Of a DNA stretch of 64,000 nt, positions 56,740-64,000 are shown one piece after another (position 1 is the stretch's first letter; each line of letters begins with the position of its first letter). This stretch comes from Alphaproteobacteria bacterium (GTDB lineage Bacteria; Patescibacteriota; Minisyncoccia; Phycocordibacterales; JABAAK01): assembly GCA_030054135.1 (NCBI GenBank), contig JASGCN010000001.1:104663-168662 (forward strand). Reading direction: 5' to 3'. The notes beneath the pieces are model-generated. The model was given only the letters and a program-made list of their open reading frames with translations. It did no database searches and was not told the origin of the DNA. Both the position numbers and the translations under genes were made by a program.

Positions 56740-58737
56740 ATGGCGGTACCAGATAAAAAAATAAAATCTCACTATGAAAATTTACAAAAAGAAGTAACAC
56801 GCTTTCGTCGGCTATATCATGAACAAGATATCTCTGTTATTCCAGATTCGTCTTTGGATCTTTTAAAAAAAGAACTTGAAACATTGGAACAAACATATCC
56901 AACACTTAAAAACAAAAAAAGCCAAACACAAACAATCGCAGGTACGGTGAAGCCTGGGTTTAGTAAAGTAACACACACTGTCCAACAGTGGTCTTTTAAT
57001 GATATTTTTGAAAAAAAAGAACTGATTGATTTTATTGAACGCGTGAACGATTATGCGCATGGCGAATCAATAGATTTCTTTTGTGAAGAAAAAATAGATG
57101 GACTAAAGGTTATTCTTGAATATAAAGATGGATCATTAGTGCGCGCTTCCACACGAGGTAACGGAGTAGTGGGAGAAGATGTAACAGAAAATGTAAAAAT
57201 GATACAAGATATTCCACACACACTTACTAAAAAAATATCTTTAATTACTGAAGGAGAAGTGTATCTTTCAGTGAAAGAGTTTGATCGAATAAACAAAGAG
57301 CAACAAAAAAAAGGAGAAGATTTATTTGCTAATCCACGCAATGTGGCAGCAGGAACTCTTCGCCAACTTGATCCTGCGCTGGTAAAAGCAAGAAATCTTT
57401 CAGCATTTATTTACGATATAGCTCTTATTGATCAAACACTTTCTACTCAAAAAGAAGAAAATGCACTACTGCAATCATTGGGATTTATAGTGAATACACA
57501 TTCTTCTGTGTGTGCAGACGCAGATAGTATACAAATGTATTACACAAAACGAAGTCAAGCAAAAAGTGCTCTTCAATATTGGACTGATGGCATTGTCATA
57601 AAAGTAAATAGTATAGATTTGCAAAAAAGAATGGGCTACACAGGCAAAGCTCCGCGATTTGCTGTCGCGTATAAATTTCCTGCAGAACAGGTACCAACAA
57701 TTATTAACAATATCGTATTTCAAGTTGGGCGCACAGGGGTTATCACTCCTGTTGCAGAATGCAGTCCAACACACATCGCAGGAACTACAGTAACGAGGGC
57801 TACACTTCACAATGAAGACAGAATTAAATCACTCGATGTTCGTGTGGGGGATACAGTTATTATGCAAAAGGCGGGGGACATCATACCTGAAGTAGTTTCA
57901 GTAATAAAAAACTTACGCCCAAAAAAATCAAAACCATTTATTTGGCCAACACATATTGCTGAATGCGGTGGGGATGGATCAATTGAAAGAATTGATGGAC
58001 AATCTGCATGGCGATGTGTGTTAAAAGATTCACACACCATACAAGTAAAACGATTAGCACATTTTACAAGTAAAGTTGCTTTTGACATTGAAGGATTTGG
58101 GAAAAAAACAGTAGAACAATTTTTAACATGCAAACGCATTAAAACATATTCAGATATATTTACACTCTCTGAAAAAGATATTATAGGCCTCGAAGGATGG
58201 AAAGATAAATCAATAAAAAATCTTTTATTATCAATACGCTCACGTTCACAAATAAAATTTTCTCGTCTACTAGTATCTTTTTCAATTGATGGAGTTGGTG
58301 AGGAAGTGGCTCTTTTGCTAAGTACCCATTTTGGTACTATTGAAAAATTACTTTCTGCCAAAAAAGATGATTTACAAAGTATTGTTGGTATTGGGGAGAT
58401 ACTGCAAGACACTATATATCAATGGTGCAGAGATGTCCGTACTAAAAAAGAACTAGACTCACTACTTAAACATGTAACAATTATTCCTGATGTTGTTTCT
58501 TCAAAACACGCAGTTTCTGGTAAGCGTATTGTGATTACAGGAACTTTTTCTAACTATGGACGAGATGAAATAAAAAATAGATTAAAGTCTTTAGGCGCTC
58601 GTATTTCTGGTTCAGTATCAAAAAATACAGACTACCTTTTGGCTGGTGTTGCAGCAGGTTCAAAATTAAAAGAAGCACACAAATTATCAGTTACTGTAGT
58701 TGATGAAAAAAAACTGGAGAAATGGCTTGCCTCATGA
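56740..58737 (+). CDS. ligA: NAD-dependent DNA ligase
   Basis: Adenylation motif EEKIDGLKVILEYKDG (KxDG), OB domain, Zn finger, HhH, C-terminal BRCT (GKRIVITGTF...LKEAHKLSVTVVDEKKL). Confidence 0.9.
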   Translation: MAVPDKKIKSHYENLQKEVTRFRRLYHEQDISVIPDSSLDLLKKELETLEQTYPTLKNKKSQTQTIAGTVKPGFSKVTHTVQQWSFNDIFEKKELIDFIERVNDYAHGESIDFFCEEKIDGLKVILEYKDGSLVRASTRGNGVVGEDVTENVKMIQDIPHTLTKKISLITEGEVYLSVKEFDRINKEQQKKGEDLFANPRNVAAGTLRQLDPALVKARNLSAFIYDIALIDQTLSTQKEENALLQSLGFIVNTHSSVCADADSIQMYYTKRSQAKSALQYWTDGIVIKVNSIDLQKRMGYTGKAPRFAVAYKFPAEQVPTIINNIVFQVGRTGVITPVAECSPTHIAGTTVTRATLHNEDRIKSLDVRVGDTVIMQKAGDIIPEVVSVIKNLRPKKSKPFIWPTHIAECGGDGSIERIDGQSAWRCVLKDSHTIQVKRLAHFTSKVAFDIEGFGKKTVEQFLTCKRIKTYSDIFTLSEKDIIGLEGWKDKSIKNLLLSIRSRSQIKFSRLLVSFSIDGVGEEVALLLSTHFGTIEKLLSAKKDDLQSIVGIGEILQDTIYQWCRDVRTKKELDSLLKHVTIIPDVVSSKHAVSGKRIVITGTFSNYGRDEIKNRLKSLGARISGSVSKNTDYLLAGVAAGSKLKEAHKLSVTVVDEKKLEKWLAS

Positions 58738-58749
58738 TATGCTTTCAGT

Positions 58750-59052
58750 ATGTCTTCTTTAGAACAAACAAAGAGTGAAGTATCTCTAGATCGAGCAATA
58801 GAACTTTCTTTAATCTCATGTACCTCAGAAGAGAAACTAAATATTGTTAAAGATGTTGGCACAGTATTAGATTTTGTTAAAAGCATTCAAAACATTTCAA
58901 TACAACCCGGGCTAAAAAACACAGTTGGTTTGCCTGTATTGCGTGACGATGTTGTTCATATACAAGAAGGGCAATATTCAAAAGATTTTTTAATTTCCGC
59001 TCCTGATGTTAAAGAATCATATCTTCAGGTTAAAAAAATTATTACAAAATAG
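58750..59052 (+). CDS. gatC: Asp/Glu-tRNA(Asn/Gln) amidotransferase subunit C
   Basis: 100 aa; LSxxEEKLN...VLDFVKSIQ...LRDDVV pattern of GatC and position immediately upstream of gatA. Confidence 0.7.
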   Translation: MSSLEQTKSEVSLDRAIELSLISCTSEEKLNIVKDVGTVLDFVKSIQNISIQPGLKNTVGLPVLRDDVVHIQEGQYSKDFLISAPDVKESYLQVKKIITK

Positions 59053-59053
59053 T

Positions 59054-60475
59054 ATGAATCGTGAGTGGTATCAAAAAGCAAATATTGTAGATATGCGCAA
59101 GGCACTCGATGGGGGAACAGTGTCAGTAAAACAATTAGTACAATGGGCAAAAGAGATTATAGAAGAGAAAAACAAATCAATTAATGCATTTATTGAAGTG
59201 TGGGATGTGAATGAAGATGAAATAGCACAAGCACAACAATTAATTGATCAAAAAAAATCATTTATTCTTACAGGCATTCCATATGCAATTAAAGATAATA
59301 TTTCATACAAAGGGAAACACATAACCGCCTCGTCAAAAATTCTTGCAACATATATAGCTTCGTATGATGCAACCGTTGTGGTAAAAATAAAAAAACAACA
59401 TGCACTTTGCATTGGAAGATTAAATTGTGATGAGTTTGCTATGGGGTCGGGAACTGAAAATTCAATTTTTGGGCCAACAAAAAATCCAGCTGACACAACA
59501 AGAGTGGCAGGTGGGTCGTCAGGTGGGTCTGCAGCTGCGGTTGCAATAGGAGCTGTGCCATTTGCCTTAGGAAGTGATACGGGTGGTTCAATACGACAAC
59601 CTGCATCATACTGTGGTGTTGTTGGATTAAAACCAGCATATGGAACAGTTTCTCGATATGGACTCATTGCACTCGGCTCTTCGTTGGATGTGATTGGCCC
59701 ATGCACAAAAACTGTGGAAGATGCGTTTATTGTAATGGAAGTAATTTCAGGAGAAGATAGTTTTGATATGACAACAAAAAATGCAAGAGCAAAAAAAAGT
59801 GCAGTAATGGGGAAAAAATTATTAGAACCAAAAAACATCAAAGAATTGGTATCTCCTGAAGTATGGGATCAATATTCAGCAACAAAAGAAAAATTAAAAA
59901 AAGAAGGGTATTATATTGATGAAATAGATATTTCGCTTTTTACACATGGACTTGCAATGTATTATATTATTCAACCCGCAGAAGCTTCTTCCAATTTAGC
60001 ACGAATGGACGGAATGCGCTTTGGAGTACGCAAAGAAGGTGAGGGCGGATTATGGAGTGATTATCTTGAAAGCAGAAAAGTAGGACTTGGGCATGAGGTT
60101 AAAAAAAGAATTGTATTAGGTACGTATGTGTTATCAGCGGGGCACTACGATGCGTACTATGGAAAGGCAGACGCATTACGGTCTTCATTTATAGATGAAG
60201 TAAATCTTTTAACAGAATCATACGATGCATTGATATGCCCCACAACATGTGATGTTGCTTTTAAAATAGGGCTTACTCGAAATCTTATTGAAGTATACAA
60301 TGAAGACAAACTTACCGTACAAGCAAATTTACTAGGGTCTGCAGCAATATCAGTCCCTATGGGTTCAATCAACAATCTTCCAGTAGGTATACAAATAATG
60401 ACAAGCCCAAATCGTGCTGATAGTAACACAATACTTAAAACAATTGCAGAAGTGGTAGAAAAAATAAGAGCATAA
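59054..60475 (+). CDS. gatA: Asp/Glu-tRNA(Asn/Gln) amidotransferase subunit A (amidase)
   Basis: Amidase signature GGSSGGSAAAVA and Ser-cisSer-Lys triad region (GSDTGGSIRQPA). Confidence 0.85.
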   Translation: MNREWYQKANIVDMRKALDGGTVSVKQLVQWAKEIIEEKNKSINAFIEVWDVNEDEIAQAQQLIDQKKSFILTGIPYAIKDNISYKGKHITASSKILATYIASYDATVVVKIKKQHALCIGRLNCDEFAMGSGTENSIFGPTKNPADTTRVAGGSSGGSAAAVAIGAVPFALGSDTGGSIRQPASYCGVVGLKPAYGTVSRYGLIALGSSLDVIGPCTKTVEDAFIVMEVISGEDSFDMTTKNARAKKSAVMGKKLLEPKNIKELVSPEVWDQYSATKEKLKKEGYYIDEIDISLFTHGLAMYYIIQPAEASSNLARMDGMRFGVRKEGEGGLWSDYLESRKVGLGHEVKKRIVLGTYVLSAGHYDAYYGKADALRSSFIDEVNLLTESYDALICPTTCDVAFKIGLTRNLIEVYNEDKLTVQANLLGSAAISVPMGSINNLPVGIQIMTSPNRADSNTILKTIAEVVEKIRA

Positions 60476-60481
60476 TAGAGT

Positions 60482-61516
60482 ATGGCAGATGAAAAAAAAG
60501 AAAAATCAGATAAACCTGCGAAGGTGGAGACGCCAACGCCATCATTCATTGAAAGTTGGATAGAACAATACGAAACACCTCCTACATTCGCAGTATTTTT
60601 ATTCATGGCAGTGTTTATTAGCGCAACTGTCATATCAAGTTTTATGGGAACGTGTAGTCAAACACGCCCGCACTCTCCGGAAGATGTTGCATTGCAATCT
60701 GGTGCAATTGTTGTTTCAAGTCGCGCAATACCAATTGATAAAGGAAAATTTGGAACAATGTTTGTCTCGCCAAATGTCTGTGGGGTAGTGCTATTTGTGC
60801 ATCCGAACGGAAAAGAAGCATGGGTGAGATTTTTTGAAAAAGAAAAACCAAGTGGGGTAAAATCTCTTGAAGATATTCGCGCATTTTTTGATCAGGATAT
60901 TATTCGTACGTATGGATATTTCTACACACCGCCAAACATTAAACGAGTGAGCCTTGAGGGTCAGGTGTATCTCATTGATACACATGTGATTACTAATTAC
61001 GCACGAATATTTGTATATTGGACATATATATTGGTATTTTTATTCATTCCTTTAATTCTATTGTTTATGTATAAAGTTATTATTGAACGTGATGAATTAA
61101 AAATTACATACAAAAAACACACCGAACGGATACAAAGAAGAATTCGTCTTGTGCGAAATAAAGTGCTATACGACACACTGCGATCTGAATCAGTTATTGC
61201 ATTTAAAGATGCACTCACCCCACTTGATGTGGCTGTGGCAACGCGAGGTCTTCTTTCTTTACAACTTATTCTTGAAAAAACTCTCATTTTACTCGCGGAA
61301 TACGAGGGGGATGTACTTGAAGAGATGGTTTTAATTGCAGAAAAAGAAAAGAAAAAGTTATACCGACATGAAGATATTAAGGCAATACTTGCATACACCA
61401 ATGTATTGCGTCATTCAGAGGTATCAGAACCAGTTCGTTTTGAAGAAATTTTAACACACACAAAAAATCTAAAAGAACTTTTGTTTTATTTTGGGCTTAT
61501 TGATTCTAAAAAATAA
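60482..61516 (+). CDS. hypothetical membrane protein (2 TM helices, cytoplasmic C-terminal domain)
   Basis: 344-aa ORF; no recognisable catalytic motif. Confidence 0.45.
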   Translation: MADEKKEKSDKPAKVETPTPSFIESWIEQYETPPTFAVFLFMAVFISATVISSFMGTCSQTRPHSPEDVALQSGAIVVSSRAIPIDKGKFGTMFVSPNVCGVVLFVHPNGKEAWVRFFEKEKPSGVKSLEDIRAFFDQDIIRTYGYFYTPPNIKRVSLEGQVYLIDTHVITNYARIFVYWTYILVFLFIPLILLFMYKVIIERDELKITYKKHTERIQRRIRLVRNKVLYDTLRSESVIAFKDALTPLDVAVATRGLLSLQLILEKTLILLAEYEGDVLEEMVLIAEKEKKKLYRHEDIKAILAYTNVLRHSEVSEPVRFEEILTHTKNLKELLFYFGLIDSKK

Positions 61517-61542
61517 CACTTGAAGTACCGTTTTATTATTTG

Positions 61543-61616
61543 TGTCGACGGGTGGACTTGCACCACCGACCTTAGCGTTATGAATGCTATGCTCTAACTA
61601 CCTGAGCTACGCCGAC
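61543..61616 (-). tRNA. tRNA with CAU anticodon (elongator Met or lysidine Ile2)
   Basis: Reverse complement folds: acceptor gtcggcg/cgtcgac (one G-U), D arm gctc-aggtagtta-gagc, anticodon loop TTCATAA, T arm ggtgg-TGCAAGT-ccacc; A31-C39 mismatch in anticodon stem. Confidence 0.7.
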
Positions 61617-61724
61617 AATAATTGTATCATACAATAATTTTTTTAATACCACCATATTATTTATTTATTACAGTGGTATATCAAAAAACTATCAAAAAAA
61701 ATAAAAAAAGAGTACACTAGATAT

Positions 61725-61798
61725 GACGGAGTAGAGCAGTCAGGTAGCTCGCCAGGCTCATAACCTGGAGGTCCTTGGTTCAAATCCAAGCTCCGTCA
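61725..61798 (+). tRNA. tRNA with CAU anticodon (elongator Met or Ile2; lacks initiator features)
   Basis: Acceptor gacggag/ctccgtc (G1-C72 paired), D arm gagc-agtcaggta-gctc, anticodon arm ccagg-CTCATAA-cctgg, T arm cttgg-TTCAAAT-ccaag. Confidence 0.8.
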
Positions 61799-61806
61799 CA
61801 ATATAT

Positions 61807-62661
61807 ATGTCAGATGACAGATTAAAAGAATTGGAATCATTAATGGCTTCTCCATTATTTTGGGAAAATAGTGAAGAAGCAAAACGTATCGTGAATGAAT
61901 ATCAATCACTTAAAAATCCTGAATCTGCGCAGACGATCTCTGCAGTTGAATTATCTATTATTGCAGGAGCAGGAGGAGTGGACGCGGAAGATTGGGCTTC
62001 GATGCTCTATGATATGTATCGAAAATATATTGAGAAAAAAAAATGGCTCTACGAAATTCATGACATTGCACAAAACGAACACAAAGGATATAGACATATT
62101 TCTATTACCATCACTCATAAAGATGCGTATAACAATCTTATGCACGAATCAGGTGTGCATCGTTTAGTTCGCAATTCTCCATTTAATGCAAAAGGTCTTA
62201 GACAAACATCATTCGCCCTTGTTGATGTAGTTCCGCAGTTGTCTCCTATGGGGAATATTCAACTCACTGAAGCAGATTATAATATGCAATTTACCAATAG
62301 CGGAGGGCCAGGAGGACAAAACGTTAATAAACGAGAAACAGCAGTTCAATTAACACACATACATACTGGAATTTCTGTTCGCGTAGAAAGTGAAAGGTCT
62401 CAAGCACAAAACAAAGAGCGAGCACTCGCTATTTTGCGTGGTAAATTATATGCACAAATGGAAAAAGAACATAAGCAAAAAGTAAGTGAACTTTCAACTA
62501 CTAGTGGTAAAAAAATTGAATGGGGAAGTCAAATACGAAATTATATACTTCATCCATATCAATTGGTGAAAGATACACGGAGTAAGTATGAAACACATAA
62601 TGCAGAGAATTTTCTTGATGGAAATATAGATGATTGTATACAATCATTACAATCTCAGTAG
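61807..62661 (+). CDS. prfB: peptide chain release factor 2, N-terminally short form without programmed frameshift
   Basis: SPF tripeptide motif (RNSPFNAKG) and GGQ (FTNSGGPGGQNVNKRETAVQLTHIHTG); 284 aa; ATG is 8 nt after tRNA 3' end. Confidence 0.8.
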   Translation: MSDDRLKELESLMASPLFWENSEEAKRIVNEYQSLKNPESAQTISAVELSIIAGAGGVDAEDWASMLYDMYRKYIEKKKWLYEIHDIAQNEHKGYRHISITITHKDAYNNLMHESGVHRLVRNSPFNAKGLRQTSFALVDVVPQLSPMGNIQLTEADYNMQFTNSGGPGGQNVNKRETAVQLTHIHTGISVRVESERSQAQNKERALAILRGKLYAQMEKEHKQKVSELSTTSGKKIEWGSQIRNYILHPYQLVKDTRSKYETHNAENFLDGNIDDCIQSLQSQ

Positions 62662-62695
62662 CTCAATAAATCGGCATGTGGTATAGTGTGAATAT

Positions 62696-63379
62696 ATGTC
62701 ATCAATACGCTTTGAGGGGGTTAGTAAGTTTTATGAAAAAAACATTGCTTTAGATGGAGTTACCACAAACATTCCAAATGGGTCTTTTGTAACTCTTGTG
62801 GGACACTCTGGGTCAGGAAAAAGTACACTATTTAAAATCATTTTGGGAGAAGAATCTCCAGATGAAGGAATCATATACCGTGATGAAAAACCATTACATG
62901 TTATGGCTTCAGAGGAACTGCTAACTCACCGCAGACGAACAGGAGTAGTATTTCAAGATTTTCGTTTACTTAATTCAAAAACAGTATATGAAAACATTGC
63001 GTTTGCCATGGAAGTGCTCGGGTTCGATGACGAGCATATTTATTCAGATGTACCGTATGTGTTAGGATTGGTAGATTTGAAAAAGAAAATGTGGTCATTC
63101 CCTCACCAACTTTCAGGTGGAGAAAAACAAAGAGTGGCGATTGCTCGTGCGATTGTGAATCAACCAGAACTTCTTCTTGCGGACGAACCAACAGGAAATC
63201 TTGATCCACTTAACACCTATGAAGTTATCAATATACTTAAACAAATCAATAAACTTGGCACCACCATCATACTTGCAACTCACGATAGAGAAGTGGTGGA
63301 AAGTATCGGGGGAAGAGTTATCACCATGAATAGTGGTCAAATGGTGATGGATGACGCAAAAGGAAAATATATCCTATAA
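62696..63379 (+). CDS. ftsE: cell division ATP-binding protein FtsE
   Basis: Walker A GHSGSGKSTL, signature LSGGEKQRVAIARA, Walker B LLLADEPTGNLD; followed by ftsX. Confidence 0.85.
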   Translation: MSSIRFEGVSKFYEKNIALDGVTTNIPNGSFVTLVGHSGSGKSTLFKIILGEESPDEGIIYRDEKPLHVMASEELLTHRRRTGVVFQDFRLLNSKTVYENIAFAMEVLGFDDEHIYSDVPYVLGLVDLKKKMWSFPHQLSGGEKQRVAIARAIVNQPELLLADEPTGNLDPLNTYEVINILKQINKLGTTIILATHDREVVESIGGRVITMNSGQMVMDDAKGKYIL

Positions 63380-63386
63380 TAAAATT

Positions 63387-64000
63387 ATGAAATCTTTCTC
63401 ACTTCTTTTGCGAAGAATACTGCAAACAAGTATTTCAAACATCGTGCGCGCTCCATTTGTTTCATTTTCTGTGGTGCTTGTTATGACGGTAACTCTTTTT
63501 ATTGTTGGATTTTCATTCTTATTGGGAAATATGGCACAAGATGTGGTAGACACATTACAAACAAAAGTAGACACCACTGTATATTTTGTTAAGAAAACTC
63601 CGGAAACCCAAATACTTGAATTAAAGAAAAAATTAGAAGGATTGTCGGTGGTAAAAGAAGTTGAATACATCTCACAAAATCAAGCATTGGCTGACTTTCA
63701 AAAAAGACATTCGGATGATCTAGATTCAATCCGTGGATTAGAAATTCTCCCTGACAATCCTTTTTCAGCCCGTTTTTCTATCAAAGCAAAAGATACTAAA
63801 GATTATGAAGAAATAGCTCAATTTCTAAATAATGAAGATATCACCTCAGCAAATAAAACTACCATTATTGATAAAATAGATTACTATCAAAATAAAGAAG
63901 TAATAAATCGCCTTACCTCCGCTATTAGCACTACTAGCATTTTTGCAAAATTAGTGGTTGCTCTTCTTATTCTTATTTCATGTATTATTGTGTTTAACAT
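63387..64000 (+). CDS. ftsX: cell division permease FtsX (5' partial, runs off window)
   Basis: N-terminal TM helix then large periplasmic loop; MKSFSLLLRRILQTSISNIVRAPFVSFSVVLVMTVTLFIVG; context after ftsE. Confidence 0.7.
   Translation, partial: MKSFSLLLRRILQTSISNIVRAPFVSFSVVLVMTVTLFIVGFSFLLGNMAQDVVDTLQTKVDTTVYFVKKTPETQILELKKKLEGLSVVKEVEYISQNQALADFQKRHSDDLDSIRGLEILPDNPFSARFSIKAKDTKDYEEIAQFLNNEDITSANKTTIIDKIDYYQNKEVINRLTSAISTTSIFAKLVVALLILISCIIVFN

Noticed and set aside
1-64000. Alternative genetic code (UGA=Gly, code 25) as in some CPR lineages
   Set aside because: TGA is the stop codon of several well-supported genes (e.g. 23432-23434, ligA at 58735-58737). ORF lengths are normal with TGA as stop, and an RF2 (UGA-decoding release factor) gene is present.

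Overview
AT-rich, gene-dense bacterial segment, almost all coding, with standard genetic code (TGA is a stop at 23432 and 58735, and an RF2 gene is present). Content is mostly core information processing: ribosomal proteins S14-S8-L6-L18-S5-L15, secY-adk-map, infC-rpmI-rplT, secE-nusG-rplK, rpsF-ssb-rpsR, rplJ-rplL; ileS, metG, gatCA, recA, recG, recO, ruvX, ligA, ftsK, ftsEX, efp, prfB. The reduced, rearranged ribosomal operons (no L30 between S5 and L15, no L1 after L11) suggest a Candidate Phyla Radiation / Patescibacteria (Parcubacteria-like) genome. Accessory content: a type IV pilus/pseudopilus assembly locus (pilB, pilC, pilD, pilins) and a second small pilin cluster; two tandemly duplicated ABC-F ATPase genes with mosaic identical tracts; a VirD4/TraD-like coupling-protein ATPase; a standalone SIR2-like protein; a TM0106-type dual-nuclease gene abutting a tRNA; two membrane-anchored DsbA-like thioredoxins plus CcdA; a 1168-aa surface protein with a peptidoglycan-binding domain; four complete tRNAs (Asp-GUC, Thr-GGU, two CAU) and a tRNA-like 3' fragment at the window start. 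The most unusual architecture is an isoleucyl-tRNA synthetase with an in-frame histidine-phosphatase (PGAM-like) domain insertion. No CRISPR arrays, transposases or rRNA genes were seen.
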